Positions 37,408 to 49,063 are shown, counted from the first letter of the whole stretch. The stretch is DNA of 49,063 bases, filler included, from Dirinaria sp. TL-2023a (GCA_051941275.1; 2 parts of 2 records of this genome joined end to end with filler, not necessarily neighbours in it), one strand, 5' to 3'. The notes: generated by a model not told the origin, from the sequence alone. Numbers and translations: made by a program.

Positions 37408-40400
37408 TCAATTAAGGCCTTGCTTGATCAAAGCAGCCAATTCTTGAACCTAACAGGGACATTCCTTCAGTCAGCTGATAACGCTTCCTCGATCAACCGG
37501 CTGAACCGATCATGAAAGGAAGGGGGGGGAAATTACCATCGGCTGCCTCATCATCGTGAAATGATTGCACTTCATGGTCGCAAACTGCATCTTGCCCTTC
37601 CCAAGCAACGCTTCCCATCCATTGCTCCCAAAATCCGTTCGGTTCTCCAACAGCCAGCGCATGTTCTCTGGATCACCTTTCTCGTATGCAAGCTTCGGGC
37701 CGTCCGGGTCTCCGCACACGCCTTCACTTGCCCATATAGCCAGGACTTTCTCCGGCCCTGTGGCTGGATCCATAGGCACCGGCCGGTACTCGTCCAAGGC
37801 GCGGATCGCGGAGCGGAAATGTGGTAGCAACCAGCTTGGCGCCGTTCCAGTTCCCGTGCCCAGGAGCCCTACCTCGTCGAAGAAGTCGTGAAGGCGTGGC
37901 GGCAACGCTTCCAGGCGGACGGGGCAGGGCGCGTCGAAGAGGATGAGTCGTTTGATGGTCTCGCCCTCGCGGATCAGCTGCAGGGCGACTTCGTAGGCAA
38001 CGACTCCACCAGCGGACCAGCCACCGAGGTAGTAAGGGCCAGTAGGTTGGCGGCGCCGGACTTCGGCTTTGTAGAGCGCGGAGACTTCAGGGATGCTGCA
38101 GAAAAACTGGTCAGGGATCTTCAAGAACGGACAGTTGAGGCCGTAGACTGCGACATCGCGCTCGATTGGCGAGATGGCTGCGTAAGCTGCGGCGGCACCG
38201 GAACCGTCGGGGAAGAGGAACAGAATCTTTGTGGCTGACTTCGGGTTTCCTTGTAGCAAAAGCGAAGTTGCAGACGGTAGGCTCTCGATCGGGACCGTTC
38301 GAGGCTTCTCTGGAAGTGACCTTTCGATCGACGGGACCATAACCGTTGGTTTGGACTTGGGACACAAGGCTTCCTCGATCGCAGTGATAGAAGGATTGTC
38401 TACAAAGAAATTAGGAGACAGATCCTGCCCGGTGGTCTCTCGTAGTTGGGCCAGGATGGTCAAAGTCATGAGGGAATCCATCCCCATCGACGCTAAATCT
38501 GTATCGCCAACAACCTCATCTATTGGCACGCCCATCTCGCCAGCAATGGCAGCACGTATATTGGTCACCATATCCTCGTCGCCAGCCATAGATACCGGTG
38601 TAACGGGTGAACCACCAGCAGCATCATCATCGGAAGATTCATCGCCAGACTGGAGTGTATCAGGAGAGCCCGAACCCGTCGAAGTCTCAGGCACCTCAAA
38701 CGCAACAATGGCTGGGTCAGGTGTCTTGAAATACTTCAGAAATTGTGCGACCGTTGGACAGTCTAGAAACAATGTAGGGCTAATTTCCATGTGTAGTTCC
38801 TCGCGTAGTCTCGCTGATATGGTGAGGACCATCAAAGAATCGACTCCTACTTCCTGAAAGACGACATTATCCGATAGCTCGAAAGTCGAAACGCCAACTT
38901 CTTCGGCCACGATAGTCAAAGCACGACTTGAAACGGTAGTCTGTTTTTGTTGAAATGATGCAGTAGTTACAAGCTTAGGTGCTACCGTGGGCTTCCGTTT
39001 GTCCACCTTTCTTGTAGGTTGTTCTTTAGTAACCTGCGGATTAGTCTTTTGTATTGAGCATCCAGGCGGAGGAAGAAATTTGTTCAGCAGGGTGCGTGGG
39101 ATGCTTTGAAATCGGATCCCTTCAATGACGCCTATAATCTGGTCCTCTTCAAACAAAATAACGTCACCCGCCATCACCTTGCCACCAGCAGGTTGCATTT
39201 TGACGTAGGACCGATAGGTGACGTTCTTTGACAGAGCATGCGCAAAGCACATGGATTCCCAGCCATGAGATATGAAAACTTGGGTCTTGTCTCCAAGTGC
39301 CTCTTTGACGTTAAGGATAAACCCAGATAGATGGCCCACCGAGTCAATCCAGTAGGGGCTACAGATGAAGTCGGATTCTTCATCTTTAGTCTGGAAGGCG
39401 ACTTTGGCGGTAGCCTCGTACTCATCAAAATCGAGGTCAACTTCCTCGAGGCCACGGTAGCTAGCGCCATATTCGACAAAGCTTCCAAAAAGGGAATAGG
39501 CGAGGCTCCGACGCATTTTGTCCCCCTTGCCAGTATTCGCGCCGTTCACAAGAGCCTCGATGCGAGGTTTGATGAGGTATCTATTTCGTTGCCAGTTTGA
39601 GAATATTGCTTCAGAAGTTGTGAAAGAAACGACACATTTGGCATGGTCAGTCTTTTTCTTGCCTTCAGCTGTAACGCTGTAGAAATTGACTTTAACTTCT
39701 CCAGCCTCAAGATTTGCGGAGCCATGCGCCCTCAAAAGTTGTACCTCGCTCCCACCACTCAAGATGAGGGGCTTATTGACCTCCATTCGGCTGCAATTGA
39801 GAGCTGGCGTTTTCGAGCCCGGTTTTAAATGCCGGTACAGGTAATCGGCAATTGTCAATGCCATATCCGCATTTAATGACGAAGGGCAAAGGGCATTGTT
39901 ATTGACTCGATGGCCTTGGATTACTGCTTTGAGCATTGGTTCAGACAAGTCAGACTCGATGGTCACGTTGGCTTCAGTTCCTTGGAGATTTTCTTCTATG
40001 ATTTTTTGTACGGAGATGGTAGACAGTTTTGGCGTCGGCTTGGAAACTTGTGTGGTGGTTTCGACGTCCCCCTTCGTTAGACACCAATCGCCCACATAAT
40101 TGATCCAGTAGTTCTTTAAATCGAAACAGTAGGTCGGGAGTCGCAGAAGTTGGTGCGCTGAATTGAATTCTTTGTGATACTCACTCCAATCAATATCAAG
40201 GCCACTCCTATACAATGAAGCCAAGCTGTTACTGATGACCTTCCAACAATCCTCATTGCGACGAAGCGAGGGTACAGCGGTAACGGTCGGACCTAGGGCT
40301 TTCTTGACCATGGATAGGCAGACAGGATGAGGGCCAACTTCAACCCAGATCGTTTTCTCCGAAACGACTCCATCGCGGAATCCAGCATCAACTCCCCTGG

Positions 40401-43400
40401 GAAAGTCTACCGTTTCCCTAGCATGGCGCTTGACGTACGTCGGGCCAAATGAGCCTTCTTGGCGGACTACCTCCCCAAGAAGGGGAGAGAGAACAGGAAT
40501 AGACGGTACATTGAAGGTCACACCTGTCGCAGCTTTCTCAAATATTTCAAGGATTGGATCCACTTGCGACACATGGAATGCAAATGGCATCTGTAACTTC
40601 GTACTTTTCACGCCTTTGCGACCAAGTTCTTCCGCGAGTTTCTCAATCTCATCCTTGGGACCCCCGAGAACCGTATCGTTGGAGCTATTGATGCAAGCGA
40701 TTTCGACAGCGTGATCAGCCATATATAATTCCAGGGAGCTCACAGATTCGGCAACAGCCAACATCGCATGAGTACCAGGAGTACAGGTATTTTCAAGCTC
40801 CCGTGCTCGTTTGCCAACCAAGTATATGGTATCACTCGCTGAGAGCACGCCGGCTGCATTTAATGCTGCATATTCGCCAAGGCTATGCCCTACCACTACT
40901 GATGGGTTAACGCCCCAGGCAATCCATAGACGTGCTAGTGCCATCTGGACACAAACACAACCTATTTGCACTATTACCGAGGACAGACCCGATATATCGG
41001 CGAGGCTTCCATCGATCAAAGGAAGAAAAGACGGAAGATTCTCAGCTTGAGCCATCTCGTCGAATTGAAAGATATCGGACCGGAATTGAGTAGACTGGTC
41101 GAAAAGTTGCTTGCCTAGAGCACTATAGTGAGCGCCCTGCCCGGTAAATACGAAGGCAACGTCAGGTTTGGTCGGTGCTATAGGAGCGACATCTTTGTCT
41201 AGCAATGAAGTAAGTGACTTCTTGACTGCAGCAAGTCCTGGCTCAGTGACTGCTATACGGTAATTATGATGAATTCGACGAGCAGTAGTTGTGTAAGAAA
41301 GATTTGGCAATGTTGTCGATGTACCTTCATCAATGAAATCAATCAGCCGCTGAATATTGTTGCGTAAGGAAGTTTTGGATTTTCCAGACACTGTAACGGC
41401 ATGAAACGAGCGGGGATCTTGAGTGTCCGGTGCCAGAACTGACGGGGCATCTTCCATTATCACCCCAGTATTTCCACCTGCAGCGCTAAAGTTGCTCACA
41501 TAAACTCTTCGTTTCCCATCCTTGGGACGCGGCCATGACGTTGGGCGGAGAGGTATATGAACATTTCGAGCCTCGAGATCTTTAGGGAATCCCTGATTTA
41601 TAACGCGTTTAATGCCACAATTTGGGGGAATCACGTCCTTCTCCATCATAAGTAAAACTTTGATAAGTGCACACACTCCGGATACTGCTTCACCGTGACC
41701 GATATTGGCTTTTACAGCGCCAAGGTGGAGCGGTTGGTTCGATCGTCGTTTGCGCTTAGGATTAGCAAATACATTCGTAACGGATTCCATTTCTGCTCCG
41801 TCACCTGCTTGGGTCCCCGTGCCGTGCATTTCCACATAGCATATATCGTTGGCATCAATGCCCGCACGATTCAACAATTGCTGATATAGATACTGTTGGG
41901 TTGGCGCATGAGGATGCGTAATGGAGATAGCATCAGCCGAGTGATTTGTTGCGGATGAAAGAATGACACCAAGAATGTTATCCTTATCGGCTTCGGCGTC
42001 TTCGAGTCGTTTCAAAATTACAGAGGCAACTCCTTCGCCACGACAATAGCCGTCAGCTTCATTGTCAAATGTCTGACAGTTTCCCGACTTGGAAAGAAAT
42101 TGCCCACGACTGAGACCGCTAAAGATATCGGGATTTGTAAGCACATTCATCCCACCGGTTACTGCTGTATCACAGTCGCCTGCTCGTAACGAGGTGATAG
42201 CCAGTTGCAGGGCCGCGAAACTCGATGAGCAAGCGGTATCAACGCTAAAGCTTGGGCCACTGAATTTGAAATAGTAATTGATTCTCCCAGGAGCAAAAGC
42301 ACGGACTCCTCCCGGGATAAAGTAGGTATCGATATCCTGCCCTTCTTGGATTTCTCGCCAGTCATCACTAGTCTGGCCATAGAATGTTCCGATCCGGTGA
42401 AGCCTTGTGGATGTTGTCCTGTTTGGGACATAGCCTGACATTTCAAGCGCTTCATATGCCGTGAGAATAGCAAGTCTGTGCATTGGGTCGGTCTGGGTCG
42501 CCTCTCTAGGAGACATTCTAAAGAAGCGAGGATCAAAAAGCCCAGGCTCGTCGATGAAGCATCCATACGGGGTGTAACTCGTGTTTTTACGATGTCCCGT
42601 AGGGTCGATATGAGCCTCATCAAACCGGTCTTTCGGTATTATCTTGTGTGTGTCGGTGCCTTTTCCAAGTAACTGCCAAAAAAGCTCATGATTGGCGGCG
42701 TTTGGAAACCTCCCTGCCATTCCCACAACAGCAATCTTTGAATCGGCAAATTTTCCTGAAGGTAAGATCGAGACTTTTGTATGCGAAGAGGTCCAGAGAG
42801 AATCGTCCAAAGATGCGACGCAATCGCCTTTGCTTTTTTTCAACGACGAAATCAAACTTCTTCCCGACTCTATCGAACCCAGGGGAAGGATGGTGCATTC
42901 AGTTACTCCTAGAGATCCCACCTCGGAGCAAACACTTTCGACTATTAGATTCCAGCGAATTTGTTTTTGAAGAATGTCTTCTACAGCAACCTGAACCAGG
43001 CGAAAGGCATCCGATGCAGAAACCAATTTGCCAGTAAATGATGAGATTAGGGGAAGTTTTGGCCTGTATAGTCTCAAGATATCGTCGAATGGCTGGAGAA
43101 TTGCCCGAATAGATCTTTCGCTGTATAAATGCTGGGCATGGTAGGCTCCATGGATTGGAAGTTGGGCTTGCCTAAGCGACCCAAAAGAGGGTACCGAGTC
43201 TGCTAACTTTTCGAGCGTCGAGGGTGGCCCACTGATAGTTAGGGAATGAAAACTAGTCGCACTGACGTATGCTCTATGCAATGCTGAAATTTCCTGTTTT
43301 CACGTAATAAGAAACCGTCACCGGAAGATATCATAGTAAGTCTAACCTTTTTGAGATGAAATTGTTCAAGTGTAGCCTTGATGGCGTCTTCGCTCGATTC

Positions 43401-43972
43401 GGCTATGGCTACAGACCAGCTTGCTTGGCCTTTTGATTCTTGCTGAAGTCTATCTCTTGACTCTGCAACGGCCACTCCTACCCGGAATGCAATCCGCACC
43501 AGCGCGGTTCCGAGGTTTGGGAGGTCTGAAATTCCTCGTGACGAGCATAAAGCTGTGGCGGCGAGTAGACCGGTGCATGATCCTATTACCCTGGTACTTC
43601 TGGGGTCGATGCAATCAGATGTCGCTTCTAGATAACTAAGAAAAGTCAGAGCCTGTGCTGCACATACACAGTTCCTTCTCACCTAATAAGACAAGCTATT
43701 TGACAAGTTGTACAAATGACACTTTCGATTATGGGATTCGATGCATTGGATTGAGCAAATCGCTCCACAAGATCTATCAGATTCACAAAGTCTGGTATTG
43801 CTTTTCGTACGAGTGCTGTCTGCTGAGCAATTTCCACCCTTAGAGCAGCAGTGACTCTTTCCAGAAAGGATGTCAGTACAGGATTGTTCTTTTGGCGTAG
43901 CTTCTCCAGAAGGTTGTTGTGGTAGTTGGTTGTCTGATCACCAAAAAGAAAGATGTTCATCTTGGGGGACAT
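37408..43972 (-). CDS. Non-reducing iterative type I PKS, SAT-KS-AT-PT-ACP-ACP-TE, 2125 aa
   Basis: Exons 43972-43683, 43635-43347, 43293-37537, 37449-37408 (6378 nt). Motifs: LFGDQT and GSCTG (SAT); DTACSSS, HGTGT, GHGE (KS); GHSLGE, AFH (AT); GHRVN..DSVGHL (PT); GVDSL and GMDSL (two ACP); GWSAGG..D..NHF (TE). Confidence 0.96.
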
Positions 43973-44723
43973 GTTTTGTCCGAATCAAAGAGGAAGGGAT
44001 TGAAAATGGGACGCTGAAATCATCTGATGCCAAAACATGTTTGAGATGAAAGACAGTCCTTTTCCGAATCGTCCCAGATATGCAAACTCGAGTAATGCAT
44101 TCTCATTCCGTTTGCTGGATAAATTTCAATGTCTCTCAATGCAGCTAATGCAAAAGACAGCAGTCAACTACGTCAACTTATCTTGCATTTTTTTCTTCGG
44201 TATTCGTCCCTCGGTGGTACTGTGTTGCGACAGAATTCCTCCACACGGTCATCTTAGGATGCAACTGGTGCCGCGTGGAACTCTTCAGGCATTTCATGCC
44301 AAAAGCGTATGATTGGCATGAGCTTCGGCGAAGCTTTCCTCCCATCTCTGCTGTCGGGCCGTTATCTCGGTCCGTAACGACAAGCATTGAAGGCAAGCAA
44401 GGCCGAAAAAGAAGAGATCACATGTAGAATTTGCAGAAAACAGTTAAGGTTAACAAAGTCGACAGGAAACCGCGGGCTTGAACGGCCACGATCCTTCAGA
44501 CTCCATGTAGATCCAGTAAGTATGCAATGGACCATGTAGCTCAACAAAGATGATAAGATGGATTGCTCGAATGGGTCTGTAACCGTTGGTTTTCTAACCT
44601 TTAACAATCTGCCATGAAAAAAGCAGCACAGAGGCGAGAGAGTCTTACTAGAACGGCTTAGCAAGCTCTGATCAATTCAGCGAAGCAGAACTCTCGTACA
44701 AGTGGCAAGTAATGGTAACAATT

Positions 44724-44734
44724 TCGATCACCGA
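44724..44734. promoter_or_regulatory. Candidate AflR-type site TCG-N5-CGA upstream of the PKS
   Basis: TCGATCACCGA about 750 bp upstream of the PKS ATG; single match only. Confidence 0.3.
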
Positions 44735-45435
44735 GAGTCAGGAGGACTAAGCTTACCGGTTTTGCTACGCCCAATTAAGAAGATGATGGATAAAATCCGG
44801 TAAACTTTCGAAACGTCCTAGCTCTCACCTGGTTTGCCTCGAAGGATGCTTGACGTGATACCATTATGCTCATAGTGTAGGTTAGAGCTTGATAGGAACT
44901 TTCCGGACGACTGATCTGTCAAAGCTTCTGCTTCTACGGCTTAGAGATTTGGTAGAGTACGAAGAACATCGACTTAGCTAAGAATTGCGCTTGCAGCCGC
45001 ACTTGCGACCTTGTAGATAGACCATATTGATACTAATTTATTCTTCAGGTCCAGTGTTTACATATATGCTTAGATGGATTGTCGTTCAAATCAGGGTTTT
45101 ATCTATGCCAAGATATAGTCATGTGATAAATTTGGTATTTTTCGATTTCTACTTTGACGACCTGACCTCAAGCTTTCTCATTCCTACCCGAAATTCTAAG
45201 CAGATCAACATTATACTACTCTCATGAAATCATCGCGTCCGAATCTAGATATTCCCAGCGTCTTTGAATGCGATACCATCGCCAACTGAGCTTCGGTTGC
45301 CGTGTCGACTTCCTTTTGAAAGCCTGCGAGTTATACCAAGACGGTCAGGTCAAAATGGAGGCAAGAAAGTCGATAGGACACTCACCTTTTGGGCGCTAAC
45401 GATAGGTTCGAGCTTGTTCACGTTTATCGCTGGCA

Positions 45436-46746
45436 TTAAGGCTTTCTCACGGAAGCCTTGCTGGACTTTGATTCGTTCAACTTTTCGTGCAACATCGTAA
45501 TCGCACTTGCCACCTGCTGATTCAAATCTTCGTGCCAAATCCAATGAAACCTCTCGTCCAGTGTTGCTTTAATCTTATTGAGATCTCTTCCGATGCTTTC
45601 GCCACGCATCATGCAGATTTCGCCATTCTCTCTGCTAGTGTTCACAACCTTGAGCGTTCGGGGCCGTCTGGCAGCATCATATGCCGCGAAGGCGTGTACA
45701 ACGTGTTCAGGCAATACGACACTCTCGTCTGCAAGAAGACTGCACATGACAAGGGCATCTTCAAATGCCTGTCCACACCCAGCTCCTTGGTGCGGTGTTG
45801 ACGCATGCGCAGCATCTCCGATAAGCGCAAATCTCCCTTTACAAAATGTGGAGCAATCAGGGTGATCGAAGAGGGCCCACATTGATGGCTTGTCCATCAT
45901 GGAGATAACTTTTTGCATTACTGGCCCACACCCAGCGAAGTCCCTTCTGACTGCTTCAGCGCTTGATGGAACCACCCAATCGTTGTGTTCCCACTTCTCT
46001 GAAGATCGACAAGCAACTAAATTCAGCAACGTACCCTTCTCGACTGGATACGTTGTGGTCAAGCAGTTGGGTCCGATATTCACCATGCTGTTTCTTGCAA
46101 ACTCGTCACCAAGCACAGCCACTGCCCTCTCCATTGGAACCATCCCTCGGTAAGCAAATTCTTTAGCGTATTTGGGTGACGCCTCTGGAGAGTTGTGTCC
46201 AAGAAGGATTTTTCTGCATGTCGATTTGATCCCGTCTGCTCCAATGATGACATCTACGATGACAGACTTTCCATCAGCGAACATCAGAGTATACCTTCGA
46301 TCTCCTATATTTCTGACAGATATCAACCTCTTTCCCAAATGAAAGGATCCCTTGGGCAGCAGAGCAACCAGATCCTTTGCGAATAGCGTCCGGTGAACGC
46401 TCTCCTGCCCTGTATCGGCACAAATGACCGAAGTTAGTAATTCTCCATCTGCCAATCCGTTTCGATAATCCATGTATGTGGTTTTCTTACTCGCCCATCC
46501 TTGCCCTGATGAGCGTTTTGCAAATGCTTCGTATATATCAGGACTAATCTTCTTCATAGCAGCCATCGAATTCTTGGCAAATACAAGCCCTGCTCCAGCA
46601 TCTGTCCAGCCGGTTGCACCCTCATAAACCTGGACTGATATGCCGCGCTGCACTAAGCCAATTGCAAGAGAAAGACCGCCAAGGCCTCCGCCGATTATTG
46701 CAAAATCAAAATCCTTCTTAGGGCCATCCTTAATTGCTCCGTTCAT
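45436..46746 (-). CDS. Class A FAD-dependent monooxygenase, salicylate hydroxylase-like
   Basis: IIGGGLGG, IGADGIKS, LIGDAAHASTPHQGAG, C-terminal WIWHED. Confidence 0.92.
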   Translation of the reverse strand: MNGAIKDGPKKDFDFAIIGGGLGGLSLAIGLVQRGISVQVYEGATGWTDAGAGLVFAKNSMAAMKKISPDIYEAFAKRSSGQGWASKKTTYMDYRNGLADGELLTSVICADTGQESVHRTLFAKDLVALLPKGSFHLGKRLISVRNIGDRRYTLMFADGKSVIVDVIIGADGIKSTCRKILLGHNSPEASPKYAKEFAYRGMVPMERAVAVLGDEFARNSMVNIGPNCLTTTYPVEKGTLLNLVACRSSEKWEHNDWVVPSSAEAVRRDFAGCGPVMQKVISMMDKPSMWALFDHPDCSTFCKGRFALIGDAAHASTPHQGAGCGQAFEDALVMCSLLADESVVLPEHVVHAFAAYDAARRPRTLKVVNTSRENGEICMMRGESIGRDLNKIKATLDERFHWIWHEDLNQQVASAITMLHEKLNESKSSKASVRKP

Positions 46747-47376
46747 GTTTGTATAAGTCTGTTGGAATGAAATCTTGCTTTTGCAATTTTTGAGTGGTCG
46801 TAAACCATGAAATATCAGGTATTATGACAATCTACCTTTGAGCAATTGATCAAATTCTCGTGTATCCTAAAGCGAACACTTGCAGCTGACGCATCAATTC
46901 CTAGGAAGGCTTCGATGGGTGTTGTATCGACGGTTGGGCATCCCGGCCGTTTCACGGCGTTGTCCACCGATCTCTGCTCAGGTCACAAGGCCAAGTCTTG
47001 CTTTTCTCAATATCCTTGCTACTATGGTGAAGCTCCGGCCCTCGGTCCATCTTACAAAGATCTTCCCGGTCCAAGCCTTCGGCGCAAAGGGCACTGTGCC
47101 GAAAAGTGTCTGAGACCGATCAGCCGGACTTTTGGCTGGCACGCACCATGGATTTGAGCTTTGAGACTTCGGTGGTAATACATGGATTCTGCGTTTCTAG
47201 TACTTGCCGAGCTGATGATGAAATAATCAAGTAATCGGATACTTCGTACTGTAGATGGACGGACCAAAATCGACTTACCGCGTTTTCGATTACAACTATG
47301 GCTCCAAATCCAGCCGCAGCAGGTGCGTCGACACTGTCATCATTCATGACTTTCGTTCTAGAACCCACGACTTCAC

Positions 47377-48255
47377 ATGCTAAGCAGAACTACAGGCTTC
47401 AATTTCACGTCTACCATTAGAGGCGACACATACCCAGCCATTGAACCCACCAAGTTAGATTTACGGGGCAAATGCGTCTTTCTGAGCGGAGCTTCCAAAG
47501 GCATAGGCCGCACGGCGGCCATATCCTTCGTCAAAGCAGGCGTGTCCGCGATTGCAATAGCAGCGCGCTCCGCTTCCTTGTCTTCCCTTGAGCGAGAAAT
47601 GCAGGAAGCAGCAAATTCAACTGGTAAACCGATCCCGCACATCAAACCTATCTACCTCAACGTCCTCGATGCTTACAGCATTGAGCGAGCTGCCCAAATC
47701 ACGTCCGATGCTTTCGATAGAATCGACATCTTGATCAACAATGCCGGCGCAATGGAAGAATTCAAACCCACGGTGGACAGCGACCCCAATGAATGGTGGC
47801 ACACCTGGAACGTCAACGTCCGGGGCACGTTCCTGCTCACGCGCGCCCTGCTGCCGCTGATGCTGAAGGGTGGTGACAAGCAGATCGTCATCCTTACCAG
47901 CATCGGCGCGTTCTTGCCCGCCCCCGGCGGCTCGGGGTACCAGATCAGCAAGTTGGCGCTCCTACGCTACGCGGAATATTTGAACATCGAGTACGGTGCC
48001 GAAGGCGTGGTGGCGTATGGCCTGCATCCTGGGGCATTCCCGACGGAGCTTGGACTTAGGATGCCAGAGTTCCTGCACGCAAAACTGATCGACAAGCCCG
48101 AGCTCGCGGCCGATACGATGGTGTTCTTGCTTTCAGAGAGACGGGATTGGCTTAGGGGGAGATATATCTCGTGCACGTGGGACATGCCGCAATTTCTCGA
48201 GAAACGTGAGGAGATTGTGAGCGAGGATAAATTGAAGATAAGACTTGCACTCTGA
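47377..48255 (+). CDS. Short-chain dehydrogenase/reductase, 292 aa
   Basis: DTYPAI, SGASKGIG, ILINNAG, YQISK, WLRGRYISCTWD. Confidence 0.92.
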   Translation: MLSRTTGFNFTSTIRGDTYPAIEPTKLDLRGKCVFLSGASKGIGRTAAISFVKAGVSAIAIAARSASLSSLEREMQEAANSTGKPIPHIKPIYLNVLDAYSIERAAQITSDAFDRIDILINNAGAMEEFKPTVDSDPNEWWHTWNVNVRGTFLLTRALLPLMLKGGDKQIVILTSIGAFLPAPGGSGYQISKLALLRYAEYLNIEYGAEGVVAYGLHPGAFPTELGLRMPEFLHAKLIDKPELAADTMVFLLSERRDWLRGRYISCTWDMPQFLEKREEIVSEDKLKIRLAL

Positions 48256-48606
48256 GTAATGCCATCTTATGTCCTAAGCTTGAATTCACGTTGAAATTTA
48301 GGTGTTTTTGCCAAATTGCAACTTTAATCTTTTCTGCTTTCAGCAGACCGAGAGATACTGTGGCAGTGAAGCGGGATTTGAAATACTCTCTCTGTATGAG
48401 CGCATTCCGAGTTTTTCAGTCGTTTGATTTTCAATTAGAGAGTTAATGCTGGTTGTGCCTCAGCGACAAATACCTATATTGAGGACTTGAAGCTGGCCTC
48501 GCCCAAAATTGCAACCGCGCTGTTACTCCACCTAAGCTTGGCATGGCTTTATATTCAGTGAATCATAGCCCTGATTCTGATCCACAGCCGCTGCCGTGAT
48601 GTCAAG

Positions 48607-48963
48607 TCACTTATTGAACACATTAGCAGGATCGTACTTCAGCTTGATTGCAACGAGCTTTCCGAAAATCTGGTCTTTGCAGCCGTTATTTAGATATTTG
48701 GTAAGGCGAAGAATACTGGTAGCGGAGTAGTATCGTGTCTGTTCGCATTCATTCTTTTTCTGTGCCCGTGTGGTTGACTGTGCCGCTTACAGCAGCGAGG
48801 CCGTAGTCGCCGGCAGCCTCATCAAAGTTCTTTCAGAGGCATCCTCCTGCAGCAGTGATGGTCATGCTGGATGGGTCGACTGCGACGCGGTTCATCTTGG
48901 CAAGATCAATGACAATGCCACTCACGGTCGAAGAAACCCTATCGGTGGCATATCCTCCACCTA
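48607..48963 (-). pseudogene. Remnant of an FAD-linked (FAD_binding_4/BBE-like) oxidoreductase
   Basis: GGGYATDRVSSTVSGIVIDLAKMNRVAVDPSSMTITAAGGCL*KNFDEAAGDYGLAAVSGTVNHTG with TGA at 48833-48835; about 100 bp later FGKLVAIKLKYDPANVFNK* (BBE C-terminus). Confidence 0.82.
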
Positions 48964-49063
48964 ACCGGCGCACCCCCTAGGAGCGGAGCGACTAGGGGGT
49001 GCGCCGGTTAGATGGAGGATATGCCACCGATAGGGTTTCTTCGACCGTGAGTGGCATTGTCAT
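48909..49063. repeat. 72-bp inverted repeat (fold-back) reaching the last base
   Basis: 48909-48980 is the reverse complement of 48992-49063 with one mismatch (48960/49012); loop GAGCGGAGCGA. Confidence 0.95.

Noticed and set aside
38231..38857. 208-aa antisense ORF and other shadow ORFs over real genes
   Set aside because: Opposite-strand shadows of coding sequence with no motifs
30730..43972. Canonical DHN-melanin cluster
   Set aside because: Regulator lacks the C2H2 fingers of Cmr1, no scytalone dehydratase is visible, and an FMO is present; needs phylogeny to exclude fully
46990..46995. GCCAAG PacC-like site in the FMO/SDR promoter
   Set aside because: Hexamer expected by chance and also seen outside promoters

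Overview
Gene-dense, intron-containing genomic DNA of a filamentous ascomycete (Pezizomycotina; a lichen-forming lineage is possible but only inferred). The left ~29 kb is mostly housekeeping: CFD1 (partial), SDH3, TAF6, an Aim25-like scramblase, UBC7, SPO11, a GST, cytosolic GluRS, MRPL1, HapX, COG2, TAF11, an HD-domain nucleotidase, a GPI-anchored wall protein and a Snu71/RBM25-like factor. It also holds a secreted protein with two tandem Cys-patterned domains and an assembly gap with an artificial six-frame-stop linker. The right ~18 kb is a secondary-metabolite cluster: SDR, AflR-type Zn2Cys6 regulator, a 2125-aa non-reducing PKS (SAT-KS-AT-PT-ACP-ACP-TE), a salicylate-hydroxylase-like FAD monooxygenase, a second SDR and a collapsed BBE-like oxidoreductase pseudogene. 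The window ends in a 72-bp fold-back inverted repeat. Exon boundaries were read by eye and may be off by a few bases. Gene names come from recognised motifs, not database searches.
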